From: Alphaproteobacteria bacterium
GTDB lineage: Bacteria > Pseudomonadota > Alphaproteobacteria > GCA-2731375
Direction of reading: 5' to 3'
Length of the DNA: 64,000 bases
Assembly: GCA_016776605.1 (NCBI GenBank)
Contig: JADHTB010000017.1
Location: 18,755 to 82,754 of the forward strand
Shown here in pieces: positions 22,366-32,239 of the stretch. Under the pieces are notes generated by a model. It did no database searches. It saw only the letters and a program-made list of their open reading frames with translations, and was not told the origin of the DNA. How positions within the stretch are numbered: position 1 is the stretch's first letter; each line of letters opens with the position of its first letter. The position numbers were made by a program, and so were the translations under genes.

Positions 22366-23115
22366 ATGCGCTTGAAAAATAAGGTGGCGATTGTTACCGG
22401 TGCCGCCTCGGGCATGGGGGCATCGACGGCGAAGCTATTCGCCGCCGAAGGCGCCAAGGTGATCGTGGCGGATCTGATGCAGGCCGAGGGCGAGGCGGTG
22501 GTGGCCGAAATTGCCGCCGCCGGCGGCGAGGCCCGGTTTCAGATGCTCAATGTGACGAGCGAAGGGGACTGGGAGAGCCTGGTTGCCGACACCATGGGGG
22601 CTTATGGCCAGGTCGACATCCTGGTGAACAACGCCGGGGTGAGCGGCAGCAACCCAGATCGGTTGAGCATAGACACCTGGGACGAACAGATGAACGTCAA
22701 TGCCAAAGGGGTATTCCTGGGCATGCGGGCGGTGGTTCCCACGATGCAGCAGGCTGGCCGGGGCTCGATTGTGAATATCTCGTCCATCTCCGGGTTCGTC
22801 GGGCAAAAATTCGTCCACATGGGTTATAACGCCGCGAAAGGCGCGGTGCGGCTGGCGACCAAGGCCGCCGCCGTGCAGTTCGCCGGCGATAATATCCGGG
22901 TCAATTCGGTCCATCCCGGCGTCATGCCCGCCATGCGAACCTCGCAGATGACCGCCGATCCAGAGGTGCGCCGAAAAATGCTGTCGGCCATACCCATGGG
23001 GCGCGAGGGCGGCGTCGAGGAAGTCGCCTATACGAACCTGTTCCTGGCCAGCGACGAAGCCTCCTACATCACCGGCATCGAAGTCCCGGTGGACGGCGGC
23101 TATCTGGCTATGTAG
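22366..23115 (+). CDS. Short-chain dehydrogenase/reductase
   Basis: TGAASGMG, NNAG, NISS, YNAAK, VNSVHPG. Confidence 0.92.
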   Translation: MRLKNKVAIVTGAASGMGASTAKLFAAEGAKVIVADLMQAEGEAVVAEIAAAGGEARFQMLNVTSEGDWESLVADTMGAYGQVDILVNNAGVSGSNPDRLSIDTWDEQMNVNAKGVFLGMRAVVPTMQQAGRGSIVNISSISGFVGQKFVHMGYNAAKGAVRLATKAAAVQFAGDNIRVNSVHPGVMPAMRTSQMTADPEVRRKMLSAIPMGREGGVEEVAYTNLFLASDEASYITGIEVPVDGGYLAM

Positions 23116-23179
23116 CGCGGCTTGGGCTCAGTGCCATTTTTGCCTTGGGCCATCGCCGAAATTCAAGTGACCAACCGAG

Positions 23180-23251
23180 GCCGCGACGGCGGCCCGGCGC
23201 CCCCGCGCCGCCCGCGCGGAGCGGTGCGCTTTGGCGCACAAGCGCGAGCGA
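23180..23251 (+). repeat. ~73-bp GC-rich intergenic repeat, copy 1
   Basis: GCCGCGACGGCGGCCCGGCGCCCC...GTGCGC-loop-GCGCAC, shared with 63421-63493. Confidence 0.8.
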
Positions 23252-23276
23252 CTAGACCACATTTATAAAAGATAGA

Positions 23277-23302
23277 CCCGTTTCGAATTTTGTCGAAACG
23301 GG
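23277..23302. terminator. Hairpin between convergent genes (possible terminator or repeat remnant)
   Basis: CCCGTTTCGA-ATTTTG-TCGAAACGGG; on the minus strand followed by TCTATCTTTT. Confidence 0.55.
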
Positions 23303-23303
23303 A

Positions 23304-24440
23304 TTAGGGCGCGAACTGGACCCGTTGCGGGATTTCCGACAGGGCCTGGACGGTGCCGGCCACCAGATCGGCCATGATATCGGCCGCGGGGCGGCGTTCG
23401 GTCAGCAGGCCCGCGCCCTGGCCCGCCGCATTCATGTACAGATCCCAACGGTCCGCCTGTTGGGCCGCGCTTATAAAATCCTCCATCAAGACGCGCTGAT
23501 GCGGCGAGGGTAGCGGTTCCAGCCCCGATTGCGCCCAGGCATCAGTGACCACGCTGCGCTTGGCGCGCAGGGTCTTGCCGGTCCAGGCCTGGGAGATACG
23601 AAAATCCGTGGCCTTGCCGGCAACGATGTCATCCTTGACCACGTTCGGCAGGGCGCATTCCTCGGATACCAGAAAGGCGGTACCGACCCAGACCCCGATG
23701 GCGCCAAGGGCAAGTGCTGCGGCAATACCCCTGCCCCCGACAATGCCCCCCGCCGCCACCACGGGCACGGGGGCAATCGCCTCGACCGACTGGGCCACCA
23801 GGGGCAAGGTGGCGACGGGGCCTGTATGACCACCGCCTTCCGTGCCCTGGCAGACCACGATATCGACGCCGGCATCGCGGTTGCGTTCGGCGTTGCGGAC
23901 CGTGCCGGCCAGACCGATCACCACCATGCCCTGTTTCCGGGCGCGGGGAATAATTCGGGCCGGATCGCCCAGGCCGGCGGCAAAGATCGGCACTTCCTCT
24001 TCCAGCACCACCTGGATCTGCGCCTCGGCATAAACATCGGAATTGACGATATCGTTCTCCATCGGCGCGGGCGGCAAATCAAAGCGTTCCAGCAATTCGT
24101 GCATGAAGGCCACATGGGCCGGAAAATCACGGCGCAACTCTTCGCGCACGCCGGTGCGCGTGGTGGAGGCGGCGGCAAGAGAGGCGGGCAGCAACAGATC
24201 GACGCCGAACGGTTTATCGGTCAACTGGCGCACCCGCTGGATACGCCGGCGCACCTCTTCGGGCGACAGGGCAGAGCCGCCCAGCACACCGCAGCCCCCC
24301 GCATTCGACACCGCCGCCACCAACTCGGGCGGCGTGCCCATGCCCCAAACTCCCATGCCGGCCAGCATGATGGGATATTCGACCTGCAAAATATCACAGA
24401 GCTCGGTACGCAGGATGGGGCGGGTCACTGGATGGGTCAT
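23304..24440 (-). CDS. Nitronate monooxygenase family flavoprotein
   Basis: YPIMLAGM, AVSNAGG, QGTEGGGH, AAGGI, VWVGTAF. Confidence 0.88.
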   Translation of the reverse strand: MTHPVTRPILRTELCDILQVEYPIMLAGMGVWGMGTPPELVAAVSNAGGCGVLGGSALSPEEVRRRIQRVRQLTDKPFGVDLLLPASLAAASTTRTGVREELRRDFPAHVAFMHELLERFDLPPAPMENDIVNSDVYAEAQIQVVLEEEVPIFAAGLGDPARIIPRARKQGMVVIGLAGTVRNAERNRDAGVDIVVCQGTEGGGHTGPVATLPLVAQSVEAIAPVPVVAAGGIVGGRGIAAALALGAIGVWVGTAFLVSEECALPNVVKDDIVAGKATDFRISQAWTGKTLRAKRSVVTDAWAQSGLEPLPSPHQRVLMEDFISAAQQADRWDLYMNAAGQGAGLLTERRPAADIMADLVAGTVQALSEIPQRVQFAP

Positions 24441-24512
24441 GGGAGGGCACGCTTCTCTACATGTGGTTGGAATTGCTATACCCTAGCTTAGGACAAACAA
24501 GGAGAGTTAGAA

Positions 24513-25148
24513 ATGGCAGATGAAACGCCACAAGATTTCGTCGAAGACGAACAGGATTTGCGCGGCCGGTATGACGCGGTCAGCACCTTGGCGGCGCAAA
24601 AATCCGTTCCCACCCTGGAACCCCACAGCCGGCGGTTTATCGAACTTTCGCCGTTTCTGTGCATCGCCTCCGCCGACCCCGACGGTCCGGCGGATGTCTC
24701 GCCCCGTGGCGATGCCCCTGGCTTTGTCAAAGTGCTGGATGACCGCACCCTGTTGATCCCGGACCGGATTGGCAACAACCGCCTGGATACCTTCGCCAAT
24801 ATCACCAAAAATCCATACATCGGCCTGATTTTTCTGGTCCCCGGCGTGAACGAAACCTTGCGCGTCAACGGTCAGGCGCGAATCTGTACCGATACAGAGG
24901 TACTGGCGGAATTTGAAGTGCGAGGCAAGGTGCCGAAAACCGGCCTGCTGGTCGCCGTCGAAGAGGTGCTGTTTCAATGCGCCAAGGCGCTGATGCGGTC
25001 CCGCCTGTGGGAGGACGATTACCGGGTTGAACGAAAAGCCGCCATGCCGCCCCTGGGCCATATGATCCGTGATCAGATCGGCGCGTCGCAATCAGCCGAT
25101 GAGGTCGAGGCCCACGTGCAAACAAGTTTGAAAGAGCGGATGTATTAA
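24513..25148 (+). CDS. Pyridoxamine 5'-phosphate oxidase-related FMN-binding protein (MSMEG_1061-like)
   Basis: DVSPRGDAPGFV, IPDRIGNNRLD, FLVPGVNETLRVNG, CAKALMRS. Confidence 0.88.
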   Translation: MADETPQDFVEDEQDLRGRYDAVSTLAAQKSVPTLEPHSRRFIELSPFLCIASADPDGPADVSPRGDAPGFVKVLDDRTLLIPDRIGNNRLDTFANITKNPYIGLIFLVPGVNETLRVNGQARICTDTEVLAEFEVRGKVPKTGLLVAVEEVLFQCAKALMRSRLWEDDYRVERKAAMPPLGHMIRDQIGASQSADEVEAHVQTSLKERMY

Positions 25149-25696
25149 TGGCGAAATTGTATCTGGTGCGCCATGGTCAGGCCGCCGCCTCGTGGGGCGA
25201 GGACCCAGATCCGGGCCTGAACGACCTGGGTCACGGCCAGGCCGCGGCAATGGCGGCGGCAATGGCGCCCCTGGGGCCGCTGAGCATGATCGTCTCGCCA
25301 TTGCAGCGAACGCGGGAGACGGCGCAACCGCTGGAAACCGCCTGGAACATCAGCGCCGCCGTGGTGCCGGCGATCCGCGAAATCCCCTCGCCCACGGACG
25401 ATTTAATCAACCGCAGTGAATGGCTGGCCAGGGTCATGTCCGGCACCTGGGCCGAGGCGGATGCCTGGCTGCATCCCTGGCGTCAGGGCGTGATCGATAC
25501 TCTGTTGGGATTGCGGGAAGACAGCGTCGTCGTCAGCCACTTCGTCGTCATCAACGCCGCCGTCGGCGCCGCCCAGGACGATGACCGGGTAAGGCTGTTT
25601 CGGCCCAACAATTGTTCCATCACCGTGCTGGAATCGGACGGCGAAAACCTGCGGCTGGTCGAATTGGGCGCGGCGCTCGAGACCAGGATCGGCTAA
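25148..25696 (+). CDS. Histidine phosphatase (phosphoglycerate mutase-like)
   Basis: LVRHG, SPLQRTRETA, VVSH motifs. Confidence 0.88.
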   Translation: MAKLYLVRHGQAAASWGEDPDPGLNDLGHGQAAAMAAAMAPLGPLSMIVSPLQRTRETAQPLETAWNISAAVVPAIREIPSPTDDLINRSEWLARVMSGTWAEADAWLHPWRQGVIDTLLGLREDSVVVSHFVVINAAVGAAQDDDRVRLFRPNNCSITVLESDGENLRLVELGAALETRIG

Positions 25697-25698
25697 GA

Positions 25699-25754
25699 AA
25701 TTATGGGGACACAATACTTATATCGCTTGACATAAGTATTGTGTCCCCATAATT
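25699..25754. repeat. AT-rich REP-like palindrome, copy 2
   Basis: AATTATGGGGACACAATACTTAT...ATAAGTATTGTGTCCCCATAATT; between convergent genes. Confidence 0.88.
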
Positions 25755-25784
25755 GGCCCATAATTGGAAGGCAAAAAAAGCCCG

Positions 25785-26408
25785 TCACGCCGACCAGGAA
25801 AACGGTGCGAAATGGCCGTTATTGCCTTTGCCCACCATATCCAGATCAAGACCGAAGCCATGGACATGGGTCTGCTTGGAGCGCGCCAGGGCCAGTCGGG
25901 TGTTAGCGGGATGGACGGTATTGTCGAGATAGAACGGCTCGCCCTTGCCGTTCCGCGAGGCAACGCCCTCGATTTCGTAGGACAGCACATCGGGGATGTT
26001 GACCGCGCGCTTCAGGCCGTCCTGGACAAATTCAATGGCCTTGTACTGGACACCGCGAAAGTCGCTGACCAGGTTATCGCGGATCATCCCCGGGATGCCG
26101 CCCGCCTCACCCGCCAGGATGCCGGACAGAGCGGCGCGCTGGTCCTGGTTGGCGCTTTCATCCACCACGTTGGCAAAGACCCAGCCGCCGTCAGACATCA
26201 CCCGGCCCGAGCGGATCACCAGGGCAAACTTCAGCCCGGCAAGATCGACGCCGCCACATTGTCCCTGATCAACACGGAAAGCCATCAGGGCATAGCAATG
26301 TTCGTGGGTCGCCTCTCCCTGGGGATTGGTATAGATGCACGGACACAAATAGTCGCAGTTACAGCTTTCCATATACTCGCCGCTGATCTGCCATTTCTTC
26401 TCCGCCAT
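25785..26408 (-). CDS. DUF1326 domain protein (putative metal-binding)
   Basis: W.ISGEYMESCNC...CPC N-terminus; GKGNNGHFAPFSW C-terminus. Confidence 0.8.
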   Translation of the reverse strand: MAEKKWQISGEYMESCNCDYLCPCIYTNPQGEATHEHCYALMAFRVDQGQCGGVDLAGLKFALVIRSGRVMSDGGWVFANVVDESANQDQRAALSGILAGEAGGIPGMIRDNLVSDFRGVQYKAIEFVQDGLKRAVNIPDVLSYEIEGVASRNGKGEPFYLDNTVHPANTRLALARSKQTHVHGFGLDLDMVGKGNNGHFAPFSWSA

Positions 26409-26429
26409 GTTTCCCTCCCCCGTCCAGGC

Positions 26430-27512
26430 CTAACCTGGAGATGCTAAAGCCTTGAGCCGCCGCGCCGCGTCCTCGGATAATCGCAGGGTCAGTTTACCCG
26501 CGTCAATCTCCTGTCCAAGGCTTGCCGCCTGTCCTGACCATAGAGACGAGAAATCAGATTTTCCGCCCGCCTCCGCCTTGGCCTTCAACGGCGCCAAGGC
26601 ACCGCCCGCCGTTGGAAAGGGCGGTGTCATATCGGACATCGGCCCGATTTCGCGCATGACGCGGTTAACCAGGCTGCGCGCCGGGCGGCCGGAGAATAGA
26701 TTGGTCAGGGCGGTCTGGCCCTCACCGGCCGTCCGCAGCGCCGCGCGGTGCAGATCGCTGATGAGAGCCTCCGGCGTGAACAGGTAGGCCGTGCCGACCT
26801 GCGCGCCCGATGCCCCCAGCGCGAAAGCGGCGGCGATGCCCCGCCCATCCCCAATTCCGCCCGCCGCGATCACAGGCACTTTCACCGCATCGACGATTTG
26901 AGGCACCAGCGCCATGGTGCCGGCCTGGGTTGCGATATTGTCGGTCAGGAACATGCCGCGATGTCCGCCCGCCTCGACGCCTTGGGCGATAATCACATCG
27001 CAACCATGCTCCTCGAGCCAGCGCGCCTCTTCGACCGAGGTCGCCGAGCTCATGACGCGGCAACCCGCCGCCTTCACCCGCTCCAGCAATGTCGGGACCG
27101 GCAGCCCGAAATGAAAACTCACGACCTCCGGCTTCAGGTCCTCGACAATTCCGCACATATGGTCATCGAACGGCGCCCGGTTGGCAGCGGCTGTCTTGGC
27201 CGAGGCGTCCAAGCCGAACGCGTCATAATAACCCGCCAGATGCGCTTTCCATGCCGCCTCGCGGCCGGGATCGGACTGCGCCGGGGCATGACAGAAAAAG
27301 TTCACGTTGATCGGTTTTTTGGTCTGTTGCCGAATAACACCGATCTCGGCCCGCACCTTGTCCGCATCCAACATGGCGCAGGGCAACGATCCAAGCCCAC
27401 CCGCCTCGCAGGTCGCGATGGCCATCGCCGCGCCGCCCGCACCCGCCATTGGCGCCTGAATTATCGGCAGTTCCACACCGACCAGGTCCAAAAATTCACG
27501 ATTTGGCCACAT
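26430..27512 (-). CDS. Nitronate monooxygenase (2-nitropropane dioxygenase-like)
   Basis: PIIQAPMAG, VVSFHFGLP, QGVEAGGHRG, FSGRPAR, SLWSGQ. Confidence 0.9.
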   Translation of the reverse strand: MWPNREFLDLVGVELPIIQAPMAGAGGAAMAIATCEAGGLGSLPCAMLDADKVRAEIGVIRQQTKKPINVNFFCHAPAQSDPGREAAWKAHLAGYYDAFGLDASAKTAAANRAPFDDHMCGIVEDLKPEVVSFHFGLPVPTLLERVKAAGCRVMSSATSVEEARWLEEHGCDVIIAQGVEAGGHRGMFLTDNIATQAGTMALVPQIVDAVKVPVIAAGGIGDGRGIAAAFALGASGAQVGTAYLFTPEALISDLHRAALRTAGEGQTALTNLFSGRPARSLVNRVMREIGPMSDMTPPFPTAGGALAPLKAKAEAGGKSDFSSLWSGQAASLGQEIDAGKLTLRLSEDAARRLKALASPG

Positions 27513-27546
27513 ATCTTCCGGCTCCCTCCACTCAACAAGGTTATGA

Positions 27547-28617
27547 TCAGCTCAGCCGGTAGGCCCGCCGTGCCGTGCCGCTGAACAAGGCCTCCCGCTC
27601 CGCTGGCGAGGCGGCGGCGGTCAAATGCTTGAAGGCATTCCACAGGGCGGCGTAGCCGATGCCCATCTTGTCGACGGGAAAATTACTTTCGAAGGTGCAG
27701 CGTTCCGCCCCAAACAATTCAATGCAGGTCTCGATGTTGGGCCGCCAGAGTTCCGCCAGCTCCATTGACGTGGGCGGCGCCGGCGCATTGAAATAATCGA
27801 AGGCGGCCAGACGCATCATCATGCCGCCCAGTTTCATGGTGACGTTGGGGCATTGCGCCAATTCGGCCATGCCCGCCCGCCACTGGGCGAATGCTTCGTC
27901 GCGCTTGTCTGTATAAACGCCATAGCCCAACAGCCCGCCACAGTGGTTCATGATGATATTGGCGTCGGGACAGGCCCGCGCCAGATCGATCAATTCCGCC
28001 AGTTGCGGATGATACAGCCAGGCGTCCAGGGACAGGCCCAGGGCGGTCAGACGATCCAATCCGGCGCGAAAATCCGCCTGGCCATACAGGCCGACGCCCT
28101 CGCTGTGATGCCCATTGCCGATCACCGGATCGGCATCCCAACCGGCGGCATGGCGGACGCCGCGATAGCGCCCGGCCCCGGCCCGGATTGATGCCTCCAA
28201 CACCGGTTCCACCCGATCACCCAGGGTCAAATCGGCAAAACCCACAATGCCGGCCGCGACACGGGTCGGGCCGTAAAGGCCACTGGCGCTCATGGCGGCG
28301 ACGCCGGCGGCGAATTCCACCTCTCCCACCGGGCGCATTTCCTCCGGTCCCCGGGCCCGGTACATGGAGCCGCATTCCATATAGACCGTGGCCACGACGT
28401 TGTGGCCGCCACCCTCGCGCGTGCCCACATCGTCCAGCCATTGGGGCAGCAGATAGCGATGCTTTTTCTGATCCCAAAGGTGATGATGGGTATCGATAAT
28501 GGGCAAATCCGGGTCGAGGATTTCCTCGGCCGGGCGCTGGCCCAGCCAGGCCTCGTTGGGCGGAAAAATACGGCCAAAAGGCGTTGGCTGTCTGGCTGGC
28601 TGTTTGGCATCGGTCAT
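27547..28617 (-). CDS. Amidohydrolase_2 family (lactonase-like)
   Basis: IIDTHHHLW, MNHCGG, KLGG, FESNFPVD. Confidence 0.88.
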   Translation of the reverse strand: MTDAKQPARQPTPFGRIFPPNEAWLGQRPAEEILDPDLPIIDTHHHLWDQKKHRYLLPQWLDDVGTREGGGHNVVATVYMECGSMYRARGPEEMRPVGEVEFAAGVAAMSASGLYGPTRVAAGIVGFADLTLGDRVEPVLEASIRAGAGRYRGVRHAAGWDADPVIGNGHHSEGVGLYGQADFRAGLDRLTALGLSLDAWLYHPQLAELIDLARACPDANIIMNHCGGLLGYGVYTDKRDEAFAQWRAGMAELAQCPNVTMKLGGMMMRLAAFDYFNAPAPPTSMELAELWRPNIETCIELFGAERCTFESNFPVDKMGIGYAALWNAFKHLTAAASPAEREALFSGTARRAYRLS

Positions 28618-28623
28618 CGCGGG

Positions 28624-30732
28624 CTACTCCGTCTTGGTAAGGATCAGCGCATCCACGGCAATGGCGCCCTCACCCTTGGCCTTCACCAGGAAAGGATTGA
28701 TATCGATGCTTTCGATCACATCCGCATGGGCCGCGGCATAGACTGAAAGCTGGCACAACCCCAGGGCCAGGGCATCCACGTCCGCCGCGGGCTGGCCGCG
28801 CACGCCATCCAACAGGGCCCGGCCGCGCACTTCGTCGATCATCCGGTGGGCCTCGTCCAGGCCGAACGGGGCGACGCGGAAGGTCACATCCTTCAAGACT
28901 TCAACAAAGATCCCGCCCAGCCCGAATAACACCACCGGGCCAAACACCGGATCACGATGCACACCGATAATGGTTTCAACGCCGCCCGAAATCATCGGCG
29001 CCACCAGTACGCCATCGATGACCGCATCCTTGGCATGCTGCCCGACAGCGGCCATGATCGCCTGATAGCCGGCCCGCACCGCGTCCACCGATTGCAGGTT
29101 CAACTTCACGCCACCAATATCGGATTTGTGCTGGATGTCGGCGGAGACAATTTTCAGCACCACCGGATAACCGACTTCCATGGCCGCCTGGGCCGCGTCA
29201 TCGGCCGAGGATGCCAAGCGGCCCGGCGCCATGGGCAGGCCGGCCCGCGCCAGAATTTCCGCCGCCTCCACTTCCGACAGGGCGCGGTTGGGCGGCGCAA
29301 AGGCAGCCGCCGGCAGGCTGGGCGGCGCGTCGCTGTCAACCCGGACAAAGCCACGGCCAAAGCCGACCAGAGCGGCAATCGCCCGGATCGCCCGGTTCGG
29401 ATCCTCGATCACCAGATATTTCAGGCTTTCCAGATATTCCCGGTCTGGCTGACGGCAGACCATGGACAGGATCATCAGATCATCGGGGAAGTCCCGGCGC
29501 ACCCGTTCCAGCACCTCGGTGATTTGGCCGATCATACGCTCAGAGAGGCCGACGGTAGACAAAAAGATCAGGATGGCATCACAGTCGCCGTCGGTCAGCA
29601 TGGTCCGCAGGCTGCCTTCGAACACCGGCATATCGTTTAACATTTGCGCCGTGGTATCGACCGGATTGCGCACCGCCGCCAGGGGCATCAACTGTTTCAA
29701 GGCTTTTTGCGCCTTGGCGGGCAGTTCCGGCACCTCCAAATCATGCAGCGCCGCGATATCGGAAGTCAGCACGCCAATGCCCCCCGATATGGTCACGATG
29801 CCCAGGCGGTTGCGGTCCGGGAACTGTCCGGCGGAAGCGGCGCTGGCCACATCCAGCATCTCGTCCATGGAATAGACCCGGCAAACCCCATATTGCCGGA
29901 ACATGGCGTCATAGATGGCATCGGCGCCGGCCAGCGATGCCGTGTGACTGCTGGCGGCCACGGCGCCAACCTCGGATGAGCCGACCTTCATCATCACCAC
30001 GGCCTTGCCATTGGCCCTGGCGGCGGTGAAGGCCTGCATCAGCCTCTCTGGCTTACGGGTGCCTTCGATATAGGCGGCAATGACAGTGGTGCCTGGATCG
30101 TCGGCACAAAAGGCAATGCAATCGGCTACATCCACGTCGACCTCGTTGCCGGTCGTTATCCAATTGCGGATACCCAGGCCGCGCTCCCGCGATAGCACCA
30201 TGATATGGCCGCCGACGGCGCCAGATTGGCTGATGACCGAGATATTGCCGGGTTTTGGCCAGCCACGTTCAAACGAGGAGGCAAAGGTGCCAACGGCAAA
30301 GCTGGCCGCGTTCAGCATGCCCATGCAGTTCGGCCCAACCATGCGCATACCGCTGCTTTGGGCGATGGCATCCAATTCGGCCTGCCATTGGGCGCCTTCC
30401 TCACTCACTTCCGCGAAGCCGGAGGAAAAGATCACCACGGACCGGACCCCGGCCGTGGCGCAGTTGCGCACCGCCTCCACCACCATTGGTGCGGGCACGG
30501 TCACCACGCACATATCCACCACCTCGGGTACGTCGCGGATATCCTTATAGGCCGGCAGGCCCTGGATCATGCCGCCGCGTGGATTGATGGGATAGATGGT
30601 GCCGGCGTAGCCTGCCTCTTTCATGAAGCGGATCGGCCGGCCACCGAACTTCAACACATTGTCGGATGCGCCAATGATGGCGATGACTTGAGGATCGAAC
30701 AGAGGGGCAAGGGAACCAGGCTGACTAGACAC
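28624..30732 (-). CDS. ADP-forming acyl-CoA synthetase (acetate-CoA ligase family, fused alpha/beta)
   Basis: IIGAS, GPNCMG, SQSG, SHTASLAG phospho-His motif, HKSDIGGV, DPVFGP ATP-grasp; start uncertain (30732/30747/30780). Confidence 0.9.
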   Translation of the reverse strand: MSSQPGSLAPLFDPQVIAIIGASDNVLKFGGRPIRFMKEAGYAGTIYPINPRGGMIQGLPAYKDIRDVPEVVDMCVVTVPAPMVVEAVRNCATAGVRSVVIFSSGFAEVSEEGAQWQAELDAIAQSSGMRMVGPNCMGMLNAASFAVGTFASSFERGWPKPGNISVISQSGAVGGHIMVLSRERGLGIRNWITTGNEVDVDVADCIAFCADDPGTTVIAAYIEGTRKPERLMQAFTAARANGKAVVMMKVGSSEVGAVAASSHTASLAGADAIYDAMFRQYGVCRVYSMDEMLDVASAASAGQFPDRNRLGIVTISGGIGVLTSDIAALHDLEVPELPAKAQKALKQLMPLAAVRNPVDTTAQMLNDMPVFEGSLRTMLTDGDCDAILIFLSTVGLSERMIGQITEVLERVRRDFPDDLMILSMVCRQPDREYLESLKYLVIEDPNRAIRAIAALVGFGRGFVRVDSDAPPSLPAAAFAPPNRALSEVEAAEILARAGLPMAPGRLASSADDAAQAAMEVGYPVVLKIVSADIQHKSDIGGVKLNLQSVDAVRAGYQAIMAAVGQHAKDAVIDGVLVAPMISGGVETIIGVHRDPVFGPVVLFGLGGIFVEVLKDVTFRVAPFGLDEAHRMIDEVRGRALLDGVRGQPAADVDALALGLCQLSVYAAAHADVIESIDINPFLVKAKGEGAIAVDALILTKTE

Positions 30733-31049
30733 GACGACACGCTCCATCCTTTGGCGGCGCATGCCGTACAATGGCCGCACCCTGTTTCTAAATTATTTCC
30801 CCAGACCACGGCGCCCGGCACCAAGTCGAAATAGGGGCCGCAACGAACCAATGCCGCCCATCCAGAACCGCTGATTGTGGCCGCTGCGGGTTGAGCCGTC
30901 AATGCAGCTGATATAAAGCCCTCGGAATTTTATGCCCCTCGTTTGACGCCCCGGTTTTGACGCCATTGTACCGGCTGGATCAGCCGGGTAGGCTTCAGGA
31001 AAAGCAGAAACGCTGTGTCCTCGAAGCCACCATATGTAGGGAGTTGAGC

Positions 31050-32204
31050 ATGGAATTCGCATTCACGGACGAACAGGACGCCATCCGCGATACGGCCCGG
31101 CGGTTTGCCAGGGAGCGCCTGGCACCCGGTTTCCGTCAGCGCGAACAAGACCGCAGGATTGGCCGGGATGTAATCGCGGAAATGGGAGCGCTGGGTCTGA
31201 TCGGCGCCGATCTTCCCGCCGAGTTTGGCGGCCTGGGCCTGGACTGCGTGACCGCCGGCGTTATCATCGAAGAGATCGCCGCCGCTGACCTGAGCGTTGC
31301 CTATATTCAGTTGATCGGCTCGTTGAACGGCAAGATGCTGGCTGCCCACGCGACCCCGGAGCTTGCGGCCAAGGCCATCGGCGATCTGTGCGCGGGACGC
31401 AGTATTACCGCCCTGGGTCTGACGGAGCCCGGCGGTGGGTCCGATGCCGCCAACCTGAAACTGCGGGCCCGCCGGGACGGTGATGACTACATACTGAATG
31501 GCGAAAAGACCTCGATCTCATTAAGCACCCAGGCGGATACCATCCTGCTGTTCGCACGCACGGGCAGCGAAGAGCAACGCGCCCATGGGGTCAGCACCTT
31601 TTATGCCCCGCTTGATGGCGCCGGCATCAGCCGCACCGAATTTGACGATATGGGCAGCGGCGCGGTCGGGCGTGGCTCGTTGTTTTTTGACGACGTGCGC
31701 ATCCCCGCCGATTGCCTGCTGGGCGAGGAAGGGGCCGGCTTTCGGCAAATCATGGGTGGGTTCGATTTTTCCCGCGCGTTGATTGGTCTGCAAGTACTGG
31801 GTGCCGCCCGTGCCTCGCTGGAAGAGGCCTGGAAATACAGTACCGAGCGGGAGGCCTTCGGCAATCCCATCGCGGCCTATCAAGGAGTGACCCAGCCTCT
31901 GGCCGAATGCGAGACTTTCCTGGAAGCAGCGACCTTGCTTTGTTACAAGACCCTGTGGCTGCGCGACCGGGAGCTGCCCCATACCAAAGAGGCGGCCATG
32001 GTAAAATGGTGGGCGCCGAAGGTCGCCTTCGACATTATTCATCAATGCCTGCTGACCCATGGCCATTACGGCTATACCAAGGATCTGCCGTTCGAACAGC
32101 GCATGCGTGACGTTCTTGGCCTACAGATCGGCGATGGCACGGCGCAAATTCAAAAAATGATTATCGCCCGGGAAATCGTCGGGCGCGTTGCCTTACCTTA
32201 CTAA
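31050..32204 (+). CDS. aliB: Acyl-CoA dehydrogenase, cyclohexanecarboxyl-CoA dehydrogenase-like
   Basis: LTEPGGGSD, NGEKTSIS, GFDFSRALIGLQ, KWWAPK..FD.IHQCLLTHGH, RDVLGLQIGDGTAQI recalled as AliB-type. Confidence 0.75.
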   Translation: MEFAFTDEQDAIRDTARRFARERLAPGFRQREQDRRIGRDVIAEMGALGLIGADLPAEFGGLGLDCVTAGVIIEEIAAADLSVAYIQLIGSLNGKMLAAHATPELAAKAIGDLCAGRSITALGLTEPGGGSDAANLKLRARRDGDDYILNGEKTSISLSTQADTILLFARTGSEEQRAHGVSTFYAPLDGAGISRTEFDDMGSGAVGRGSLFFDDVRIPADCLLGEEGAGFRQIMGGFDFSRALIGLQVLGAARASLEEAWKYSTEREAFGNPIAAYQGVTQPLAECETFLEAATLLCYKTLWLRDRELPHTKEAAMVKWWAPKVAFDIIHQCLLTHGHYGYTKDLPFEQRMRDVLGLQIGDGTAQIQKMIIAREIVGRVALPY

Positions 32205-32239
32205 GCATTCCGTGATTAAGCATTCCGTGGGAGAGACAG

